Shown here in pieces: positions 19,622 through 27,995 of a DNA stretch of 64,000 nucleotides. The stretch is from an uncultured bacterium. GTDB taxonomy: Bacteria > Babelota > Babeliae > Babelales > JABCYS01. Position 1 is the first letter of the stretch; every line of letters begins with the position of its first letter. The position numbers were made by a program, and so were the translations under genes. The notes below the pieces were generated by a model, which had not been told where the DNA came from, searched no databases, and saw nothing but the letters and a program-made list of their open reading frames with translations. The stretch covers positions 128,001 to 192,000 of the forward strand of contig CAVPKK010000007.1 of the NCBI GenBank assembly GCA_963705705.1, read 5' to 3'.

Positions 19622-21973
19622 TTATATAACCGAGCGAAGACGCTCAATTTCCTTTTTGATATCGTTAACTATTGGCTGCAGCAAGATTGAAATTTCTGTC
19701 GGCCCGCCAAAGTATTGAATCTTGGTTTTTGGATTTATTTGTGCAAGCATCTCAAGGGACATTGCCAGAGTATCAGCAGTGTACGGTTGGGTAGTATGCA
19801 AAAGCAAAACCTGATAGATTTGATCTGATTGACGTCTTAACTTCAAATCCATGCAAGCATTTAATAGTTCTTTCAATCGCGCCATGATTGTTTCCTTTTG
19901 TAGCCAACAGGCAAAAATACGCTGAATAACTTCTGCCGGCAGCTGTCTGTGATGTGCGGATGCATAACCTCGTACGAGGTCCGACAACACAGGAGGTAAT
20001 TCGGGATTAATCATATGATCCATCTGCAACTTGATCGACTGCTGTTCGCGAATAAACTCTTTCAAGCGATTTAGAAATATTGGATTCAATTGCTGATTGT
20101 GCTCAGTAGTTGTAAGCATAAATTCTCTCAATTGAGCAATTAATGATCCAGGTGCAGCATCAACGGTAAATAAAACAGCTAACTTTTCGCCGCAGGTAGA
20201 GTGTTGAATAAGATCTAGCCACTGAATTGAAAGACTGCCTGATAAGTCCGCCAATGACTCAGCAATTACTTGGAGCATATCAGTTGTGCCATGCTTTATC
20301 GCATTTTCAAATGTTTTTGAGATTTTTTCGCGATAATAAGCACCATTGCCGATCTGCACCTTTATTTCATATATAATGCGCGCCGCCTCAATAAGATTGC
20401 ATACTATTGCTTTGTATTGATCATGCGTTGGTTTTTCTCGTATGCCCATCGCTTCCAATAAACCATCGGCAACATCTGTTGAAATAAGATCAGAATACAA
20501 TATAAGCTTATGGATAGCTTCGTAAATGCTATTAATGCAATTTTGTTGCTCTTCATCATTCTTATTTGCAAATCCATCGAGTAGAGCTTCGGTTAGGAGT
20601 GCCACTGTTTCTTGATGTCCGCCAATCGCAGCGAGAGAAAGTGCATCAAGATCGCTTATTAGTTCGCCATGTCTAATCTCGCGGTTTTTACCAAGGACGG
20701 TATCACTGAGGATTGCAGTACCATCCTCACTAATACTCGATTCATACACGCGCGTGACCATTCTATGAAGCCATCGAGCCCCATTAGAGATTCCTACATT
20801 CCAATACGTTGACGGTACATTAATCGCATCTTTAAATAAGAGGCTCATAAGCTGCTTTATATTAATTTTAATTGTGCGATCTACCATCCAGGGGCAAAGT
20901 GCTACCTTTGCATAAAGATCAGCTTTTTTTGCGATGCAAAGTTCTACGCCCGCTGTATGGTTGGCAGCAGCAAATCGCATAAGTGGAGTAAATCCATTAT
21001 GAGAATTTGCAAACCAATCGAAAATGAATAGAAAAAGTTCACGAAGGGTTTGCCATTCGTGCGAATTCAAACTATCTACAGCTACGTCTAACCTTGACGC
21101 AATGGGTATAGCACCAGTTATTAAGCCTGGACGAACCTTTTTGAAAATCGCCAATGTCTTATTAAATAGTTGCATCAATGATTTAGGATTTATCAGAGTT
21201 AACCTTCTTCGATCTCGTTTATTGATGCTATCTGGATGCTGCTGAAAAAATTGGGCTATATCTTGAATATCTTGCGAATCTACGGCGTTAAATAAGGGAT
21301 CGCTGCTTATTGAATCATCAATTACATCCAGCAAGCGATCTATTTCGCGACCAACTAGGGCCACGATCATCTGGCGGGTAACAGGTTGCTGCTGTTGCGC
21401 CAAAAACTCATCTGGTAATTCCCCAACAATTTTTTGAAGAAGTTCGGCAGCATTTGATCGCAAGCCTGCTAAATATGCGCGGAACTCTTCAGGTGAAAGC
21501 TTTTGAAGATCTACAAGCGATTGCGGCAAATTGTTTTTTTCTTGTTCTTTTGCTTCTTCTGGCTTTGGCTTTTTACGCTCAACCCGATCATCCTGAGCGT
21601 GTCGAAGGATTGCTTCTTCACATTCCTTTTGCTCTTCACGTTGCGTGGGTTTGGCTAAAGGTTTTTTTTCTTCAGTTATTTGAGCAGATTGCTTTCTCGG
21701 CTGTTCAGGTTCTTTGCGGTCTTCTCTCTCCCCTTCCTGCTTGCTGTCTGGAATTTTGCTCTTATTTTCCGGAACGGGCAGATGAGCAGCAGGATCACCG
21801 ATAGCATATGAAGTTGACGGGCGAGGAACGCTACTATCGTTAGCATTATTTGCCGCAACCCTTTGCGCCGCCAATTCGCGACGGATTTGTTGCAGTGTTT
21901 TTGCGGGTTTGCCAGATGGCATAAGGGCAGCTGGCGTAAGTAATAAAATTAGAGATAAACGATTTAGTAGCAT
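19622..21973 (-). CDS. Family A secreted ankyrin-like paralog A3
   Basis: Signal peptide, SYAIGDP, GFTPLMRFAA, ALSLAAIGGH, GTTDMLQVIAE, GEKLAVL, LPPVLSDLVRGY, KIQYFG tail. Confidence 0.8.
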   Translation of the reverse strand: MLLNRLSLILLLTPAALMPSGKPAKTLQQIRRELAAQRVAANNANDSSVPRPSTSYAIGDPAAHLPVPENKSKIPDSKQEGEREDRKEPEQPRKQSAQITEEKKPLAKPTQREEQKECEEAILRHAQDDRVERKKPKPEEAKEQEKNNLPQSLVDLQKLSPEEFRAYLAGLRSNAAELLQKIVGELPDEFLAQQQQPVTRQMIVALVGREIDRLLDVIDDSISSDPLFNAVDSQDIQDIAQFFQQHPDSINKRDRRRLTLINPKSLMQLFNKTLAIFKKVRPGLITGAIPIASRLDVAVDSLNSHEWQTLRELFLFIFDWFANSHNGFTPLMRFAAANHTAGVELCIAKKADLYAKVALCPWMVDRTIKINIKQLMSLLFKDAINVPSTYWNVGISNGARWLHRMVTRVYESSISEDGTAILSDTVLGKNREIRHGELISDLDALSLAAIGGHQETVALLTEALLDGFANKNDEEQQNCINSIYEAIHKLILYSDLISTDVADGLLEAMGIREKPTHDQYKAIVCNLIEAARIIYEIKVQIGNGAYYREKISKTFENAIKHGTTDMLQVIAESLADLSGSLSIQWLDLIQHSTCGEKLAVLFTVDAAPGSLIAQLREFMLTTTEHNQQLNPIFLNRLKEFIREQQSIKLQMDHMINPELPPVLSDLVRGYASAHHRQLPAEVIQRIFACWLQKETIMARLKELLNACMDLKLRRQSDQIYQVLLLHTTQPYTADTLAMSLEMLAQINPKTKIQYFGGPTEISILLQPIVNDIKKEIERLRSVI
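21588..21610 (+). repeat. Family-1 hairpin core embedded in frame in gene A3
   Basis: tcatcctgagcgtgtcgaaggat versus consensus tcatcctgagtttatcgaaggat (differences only in the loop); read as ILRHAQD(D) on the coding strand. Confidence 0.65.
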
Positions 21974-22006
21974 GATTAACCTTCCATTTGATTATCTAAT
22001 TAAAAT

Positions 22007-23956
22007 TTATTGATATTGCGCCAGTAGCTCACGTTGCCGTGCAATTTCTAATGTTATCCGCGCCCGATTTCGCGCAACTAGATCAGAGATAAAGGGCGAT
22101 AGATCTGTGGGCCTCATAGTTGCAAGCTGCTCCGCCGCAAGCGATAACACATCGATGGTAAATGGTTGCGTTCGCACAATATCAAAAGCTTGTTGCGCTT
22201 GAGATTGCACTATGGCGCCCGCTTCCTTTTTTGCCGCTCGGGTTAATAGTTGCAATTGATCAACAAGCAATTTCTTGCCCGCACACAGCGGCATAATGCG
22301 CTCTATAAATTCTTGTCTTGGTAATGGATAGCGTTCGGCATATTCGCCAACAACACGTGATAAAACAGGCAGTAGGTGGTTGGCAGAAAGATGATCCATA
22401 GCCTTGCTGAGCATATGTTGTTCGCGAATAAAGTTTTGCATACGCTCAATGAATATTGGATAGGTTGCCGGAACCCATTCGAGGTCCTGAAGAATTGGTC
22501 TACTATCTAAATAGACTCTTGATTCTGGAATGGCATCAATTGCTAGCAATAGCGCCAACTTTTCGCCATCGTAGGTTTGTTTATAGAAACCAGACAAAAC
22601 TCCCTGATTCCCTACCACGGGTATTCGCGCAAGGAGTTCGGCTATAGGTTGCAGAATCTCAAGAGAACCTAATTCTAAAGCATAGACATACATATTGCCT
22701 AAATTGGTTGTGCTATATCTCGATATCTTTGAATAATGATCGTAGTCTCGAGCTCGTTCAAGATCCCTGTCGGCACAAAGCGTCTGCAGAAGTATTTCAT
22801 CAGGATCCATGGCTTGATGTGCTTTCAAAAGCTTGATCATGATGGATGAATAGTTATGATATTTTGGCTTTTCGGGGATGCCCATGGCGACAAAGAATTC
22901 ATCAACAAGATTTGTTTTTACAATTTTCGAAATTTTAATAAGGGTAACAATCGCAACTTTTATGCGACCTAATATTAATTCAGGTCTCACACCTTCTTGT
23001 TTACACTTCTCGAGCATCGCTTCTAGTAACAGATCAACTGCTTCCTCATGCCCACCAACCGTTGCGAGCGTTAAAGCATCTAACTCGCGAGTAAATAACG
23101 GAAAGTGCTGGTCTTTACAAATGGCAAGCGTGCCGAGCATCGATCTCAATGTACATTCAGGGATATGAAATCGCATATGACAGTATGGCGTAGGAGCATC
23201 ACTCGGTTCTTTAAGGTTGTCTATGCAATCATGTATTTCTTTTAATCGAACTCGTGCCTCCTCTTTTGCCATCCAAGGGCAAAGATTGGTGGTAGCGAGA
23301 TAATCTGCGTCTTTCTCAAGGCATAGCGCAATTAAGGCTTTGCTACCGGCAGCCGATGCCTTCATTAAAGATGTTAATCCCTCATCATTACTAATTGGAT
23401 CCAGACCAGATGCTCGTTGATCTCGTGCATTAACATTGGCTTTATGCACATCAAATAGGCGACGGCATGAGTCTATATCTCCGCCATCTATGGCTTCGAA
23501 TAATGCTGCATTGGCACCTGCTTGATCAAGTTGAATCTCAGGTTCTTTCTTTTCTACTGACTGAGGCGCTTTTGGTTTCGGAGCTTGGCTGACCACAGGT
23601 ACGCCAATTGCAAAACTTTCCGACGGGTGCGGATTGCTGCTCGGTTCTTCGTCTTGTTCAACATTCAAGGTTGGTTTTGAAGCAGCTGGCATAGGAATAC
23701 CTTCGCTGTTCTTTTTTTCTTCAAGCTCGGATTGAGCAGAGGATCTTGATGGAATATGCGATGCGCGAAGCGCAGCTATTTCTTTCAGGAATGCTTCCTC
23801 GCGCTGACGTTGCTCATTTTGCATGGACAACATTTGTTGCTGCATTGCTAAGATCTGCTGTTGCATTGCTGCCAATAAATCTGGTGTTGGTGGGTTATTG
23901 CTTGCGAGTGCTAAAGCTGGGGCAAGTAATAGGATAAGTGATACTTTTTTCATCAT
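22007..23956 (-). CDS. Family A secreted ankyrin paralog A2
   Basis: Signal peptide, TPDLLAAMQQQ, SFAIG, ALFEAIDGGD..KANVNARD ankyrin, GLTSLMKA, ALTLATVGGH, GEKLALLL, LLPVLSRVVGEY. Confidence 0.8.
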   Translation of the reverse strand: MMKKVSLILLLAPALALASNNPPTPDLLAAMQQQILAMQQQMLSMQNEQRQREEAFLKEIAALRASHIPSRSSAQSELEEKKNSEGIPMPAASKPTLNVEQDEEPSSNPHPSESFAIGVPVVSQAPKPKAPQSVEKKEPEIQLDQAGANAALFEAIDGGDIDSCRRLFDVHKANVNARDQRASGLDPISNDEGLTSLMKASAAGSKALIALCLEKDADYLATTNLCPWMAKEEARVRLKEIHDCIDNLKEPSDAPTPYCHMRFHIPECTLRSMLGTLAICKDQHFPLFTRELDALTLATVGGHEEAVDLLLEAMLEKCKQEGVRPELILGRIKVAIVTLIKISKIVKTNLVDEFFVAMGIPEKPKYHNYSSIMIKLLKAHQAMDPDEILLQTLCADRDLERARDYDHYSKISRYSTTNLGNMYVYALELGSLEILQPIAELLARIPVVGNQGVLSGFYKQTYDGEKLALLLAIDAIPESRVYLDSRPILQDLEWVPATYPIFIERMQNFIREQHMLSKAMDHLSANHLLPVLSRVVGEYAERYPLPRQEFIERIMPLCAGKKLLVDQLQLLTRAAKKEAGAIVQSQAQQAFDIVRTQPFTIDVLSLAAEQLATMRPTDLSPFISDLVARNRARITLEIARQRELLAQYQ

Positions 23957-23990
23957 GATTAACCTTCCATCTAGTTAGTAATATTTAAAT

Positions 23991-25193
23991 TTATTTTAAG
24001 CCGGCACATACATTCTTATGCTCTTTCCAATGTTGTATTTGGCATTCTTTCTTGCAATACCAAATTTTTTTACATTGCGTACAGAATGGCATATTTGGTT
24101 GGCTTTTGCCGCAATTACCACATGCAATGGCCATCGACTGCAAAGATGAAGAAGATTTCTCATCTTGCTTACGTTCTGGATTTGATGGCGGCTGTGCGCT
24201 TTGTTTTTTTACAAAATCATCAAAACCTTTTTTGACATCGATTCCGCAAAAAAATGGCAGCTCCAACAGATCATCAAAGGATTCATCGGATAGGAGTTTT
24301 TGAGCGACATTTTCAGTCATACTAGCAATTTTCTCCAATGAGTTGCGGCCATTCGAAAAGATTACTTTATAGCCGACCTTTTCCAAATGAGGAATGACAT
24401 GCATTATATGATTATGCCCAAAGTGCAGGAAAATATGCTGAGTATTTCTGTGATCCCAAAACAGATGCAGTAACTTTGCATTAAGCATACCTGAGCAGAT
24501 GCCACGGTCATAATTCCTTGCTTGGCGCCCTGCATGAAATTGTTGTTGTGCAATTTCGAGCATCCTTCGGCTGTATGTAACAAATTCTTCTGGCGCGGTC
24601 GATGCAGAAACTTGTTTTTCGATGGCTTTATGCGCAGTAAAAAAATCCTCTGCCAATTCTTTCCAATCATCATCGCTTACAATCGGCTTTCCGGTAAGCA
24701 AATATCTAAATTCAGCATTAACTACCGGCAATTTGCTTTGTTTAAAACGTTGTGTGACGCGCGGAAGCAGCGACCCTGGCAATGCCTTCTGTAAACCCTC
24801 GATTTGTTTTTTATCCGGCCCATCGTAGTTGTAGATATCTTCATTAATAAGCAGCACCTGATTTGCAGGCAGCGAACAAGCATATTCCCTCAGTATGTCT
24901 GCTTGTTCGACTGACTTATCAGCCATTTTATACTTTAACAGTGTATCGAGGATCAGCTTGCGGTTACTTACTTCATCGATATCAAACGGTGGAAATTCCG
25001 ACGATCTGCTAGTAAGCAAACGCAATGCATGATGGGAAGCATATTCAGCGTGACAATCTGATAAGCAATACACATAATGAGGTTTGCCGTTTTCACCTTT
25101 GTTTTCCAAAATCGTCATCTCCAGCAAAATCGCATTGCTATAGCTTGCTGAAATGAGTGTCAGTAAAAACAACAATTTTTTAATTTGTATCAT
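23991..25193 (-). CDS. Secreted protein with C-terminal MYND zinc finger
   Basis: Signal peptide MIQIKKLLFLLTLISASYSNA; CGNC...FCTQCKKIWYCKKECQIQHWKEHKNVC is the MYND pattern; N-domain has LSDCH and FGHNH. Confidence 0.85.
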   Translation of the reverse strand: MIQIKKLLFLLTLISASYSNAILLEMTILENKGENGKPHYVYCLSDCHAEYASHHALRLLTSRSSEFPPFDIDEVSNRKLILDTLLKYKMADKSVEQADILREYACSLPANQVLLINEDIYNYDGPDKKQIEGLQKALPGSLLPRVTQRFKQSKLPVVNAEFRYLLTGKPIVSDDDWKELAEDFFTAHKAIEKQVSASTAPEEFVTYSRRMLEIAQQQFHAGRQARNYDRGICSGMLNAKLLHLFWDHRNTQHIFLHFGHNHIMHVIPHLEKVGYKVIFSNGRNSLEKIASMTENVAQKLLSDESFDDLLELPFFCGIDVKKGFDDFVKKQSAQPPSNPERKQDEKSSSSLQSMAIACGNCGKSQPNMPFCTQCKKIWYCKKECQIQHWKEHKNVCAGLK

Positions 25194-25210
25194 GAGTATC
25201 CTTAAATAGA

Positions 25211-27394
25211 TTAACCGTGCTGCAAGCGATTAATTTCCCGATTAATGCCGCTCACTATTGGTTCCAATAAGAAGTTAACCGTAACCGGCTGGCCAAAGTA
25301 TTGGATTTTTGGCTTGGGATCAATTGCAGTGACCAACATTTTCACTAAAGCAACAATGTCTTTGGTATACGGTTGCGTTTTGATCAATTGTAGCGCATGC
25401 AAAATCGGCATTTTTGCGCGGTCCAATTTATGTTTGGTGGCAATCGTTTGAAGTTCGGTAAGTTGGTCAATAAGAATCTGTTTTTTAATTTGATCCAACT
25501 GAGCTGCCATTCTAGTTTGAACGGGGCTTGAAGATGGTGCCTGCTCGCGTTCTTTCTGCTCGACGGGCGGTTTTGGCGCCACTGGCCGATCAATAGCTAA
25601 AATGCGTTCAGCGATGTCTGCCGGTATGCGACGTGGATCTGCATAGTCATTCACAATCGCAGCGAGATCGGGAATTAACATTTGGCTAATTTCACCGTTC
25701 AACCCGATGAGCGCATTCTCTTGCTCATGCACAAAACCTTTTAAGCGGTAAAGGAATTCAGTATTAATTTTTGGATTCTTTTCCAAGTATGAAAGCATGC
25801 CGCGGCTTAACTGGAATACCAATGAATTTGGAACTGCATTTATTGATAAAAGAATTCCAAGCTTTTCGCCGCATTTAAGGCTATACACGAAATGTTCAAA
25901 AATCTTGTTGAACCGGCTCCCATGAGCATAGAATCCGAACGGATAGTTCCAATTAACATTAACTGGTGTTTGGGCAAATGCCTCAGCAATAACCCGTAAC
26001 ATTTCTGGCGTACCGTATTGCATTGCTGTCATGAGGAGTTGTTTCATTTGTTCATCGGATCCAAGTTGATATCTGCCATCATCAGGAAGACGAAATATTC
26101 TCGACGTTGCTTGGAACAGTTTTTTTGCAATCGCATCATACCGTTCAAGATTCGGCTTTTCTGGAATGCCAAAAAAATTCAAAAACTCATCAGCACAATT
26201 GGTTTTAATAAGATTGGAATACATAATGAGTTTGGTAAGCGCATTCTTAATTGAACTCACTATTCTATCAACATCTTGTTGAGTTCCTCGACTGTTATAA
26301 TGAAGATCACTGATCATTGCATCAAGTAAAAGATCGACAATCTCTTCATGACCACCAATTGTTGCTAATGATAATGGATCAATCATATCAGCTAAAGAAA
26401 CAAGCCATTCAGGGGAATGTCGAAGCCCGTCTAGTAACTGGCCAAACGGTTTGTTAGTTAAAGAATGGTACCAGAGATTTTCAACTAACTTATCTTTGTT
26501 CATCTGCGATTCTAGTGCTTGCTCATTAATGGTGATTTTTCTACTTACCGTCGTTGAGTCAAATCGTGGCTGAGTAAATAGAAAAGCTTTCTGGGCAAGG
26601 AGCAACTCGACGATCCTTTTGTCGCCACGTGCAGCGGCACGCATTAATGTGGTAAAGCCATTATTAGTAAAGCCATTATTTATACGACGATGCCACATCG
26701 ATATCAAATTATCCAATCGAGGGCCACACTTTCTCATAAATTTCGCGGCTTCAATACTTGCTTCGTTCATATAGGTAGATAATGTTGAACAATTCGCCCG
26801 TAGTTGCATTAATTGCGCATTAAGCTGACCTAATTTACTTTTAATTTCTTCTATGTCGGAAGCAAAAAGATTTCGTTCTATCAAATTAGGCACCAATGAA
26901 ACATAATCAGGTGCGTCAACTTGTACTAATTTTTTATCTAGCAGTTCTTTGTATTGGGCAGCAGTTAGTGTCCCTTTCTGAATACCAATGAAGGGTATGG
27001 AATCGATAGCATATGATGATGGGTCAATTATTTGGGCTAACAGATCGGCTATATTTCTTTGATGGTATTCATCATGACTAGGCCCCATTTCGATAAGGCG
27101 GCAGTCAACAACAAGTTTTCGGTACATAGCAACTGCGCGACTCGCTGCTGCTTCGCTTTCAGTTACTGGACGCGGCACGCTGCTCGCCTCGAGCTGTTTT
27201 TCTTCCTCTACTTTTGCAAAAGAACGTGGATCGCCAATGGCATAGCTAGGCGAGGAGCTCGCGGAAATTGATACCACAAAAAGAGTGGAAACGGCAAAAA
27301 TTGCTACGCTCACCAGTAATTTGAAAATAAATATGCCGACAAGAAGACCAAAAGAACAGCAAAAACGATTAGAAATACGACAACACGGATTCAT
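25211..27394 (-). CDS. Family A secreted or membrane-anchored ankyrin-like paralog A1
   Basis: Long hydrophobic N-terminus, SYAIGDP, GFTTLMRAAARG, PLSLATIGGH, GTPEMLRVIAE, GEKLGILL, LIPDLAAIVNDY, KIQYFG tail; start moved to 27394 (GGAGG SD). Confidence 0.78.
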   Translation of the reverse strand: MNPCCRISNRFCCSFGLLVGIFIFKLLVSVAIFAVSTLFVVSISASSSPSYAIGDPRSFAKVEEEKQLEASSVPRPVTESEAAASRAVAMYRKLVVDCRLIEMGPSHDEYHQRNIADLLAQIIDPSSYAIDSIPFIGIQKGTLTAAQYKELLDKKLVQVDAPDYVSLVPNLIERNLFASDIEEIKSKLGQLNAQLMQLRANCSTLSTYMNEASIEAAKFMRKCGPRLDNLISMWHRRINNGFTNNGFTTLMRAAARGDKRIVELLLAQKAFLFTQPRFDSTTVSRKITINEQALESQMNKDKLVENLWYHSLTNKPFGQLLDGLRHSPEWLVSLADMIDPLSLATIGGHEEIVDLLLDAMISDLHYNSRGTQQDVDRIVSSIKNALTKLIMYSNLIKTNCADEFLNFFGIPEKPNLERYDAIAKKLFQATSRIFRLPDDGRYQLGSDEQMKQLLMTAMQYGTPEMLRVIAEAFAQTPVNVNWNYPFGFYAHGSRFNKIFEHFVYSLKCGEKLGILLSINAVPNSLVFQLSRGMLSYLEKNPKINTEFLYRLKGFVHEQENALIGLNGEISQMLIPDLAAIVNDYADPRRIPADIAERILAIDRPVAPKPPVEQKEREQAPSSSPVQTRMAAQLDQIKKQILIDQLTELQTIATKHKLDRAKMPILHALQLIKTQPYTKDIVALVKMLVTAIDPKPKIQYFGQPVTVNFLLEPIVSGINREINRLQHG

Positions 27395-27429
27395 AATAAC
27401 CTCCATCAAGTCCGTTCTACGGACGAAGC

Positions 27430-27483
27430 CTCGCCGAAGCTCATTGCCTATAAGATCTAACCACAAGCAAAAGCGTAGGCGGG
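27430..27483. repeat. Family-2 palindromic repeat (CGCC-GAAGCT...AGCGTA-GGCG)
   Basis: ctcgccgaagctcat...aagcgtaggcggg; arms resemble those at 30939/31047 and 33790/33880. Confidence 0.55.
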
Positions 27484-27995
27484 CAAATTTTAGGCACGTA
27501 CCCATTCAAGGTACGTATTCCTTCGAAACATATTCCATTTGAATGACTTAAGTATTGTATTAGAGCATAATCTGGCCGTCAAAAGGCTGGAGGCGCATTT
27601 TTGGTCAAAAATGGACAGGCAAAGAGCTAACTATAGCCAGACTCAGAGCCAATATTGCCTATTTTTTACGAGCTCAGCTTTTTCGCAAAAAATCAATGGT
27701 TTCTTTTCTATATGTGCAAAATGGCCGGGTCAATGCGCTCTCTATTGTTACACGGTGGCAATTTTTGGACGTTTCGGCACTAGTTTTTAAGGAAAAAATG
27801 GGCTGATTTTTGATGTTTTCAATGGCATGGGGTCAAATTTCAATATGGTTATTCGCCCATATACTTACAGGCAACCAGTGAAAAAAGGTCCATAATTAAG
27901 GCCTATGATCGAGTTTGTTATCGAGCACTTTTATATACCGCGCAAATCCGGTACATTTAATAGTAATTAATAAGCCGGGTCTTGGGGGAATTTTA

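Noticed and set aside
15990..27250. SYAIG as an LC3/Atg8-interacting (LIR) motif
   Set aside because: LIR needs [WFY]-x-x-[LIV]; the fourth position here is Gly
27539..27790. 83-aa ORF in the divergent intergenic region
   Set aside because: No recognisable motif or SD; likely spurious in a promoter region
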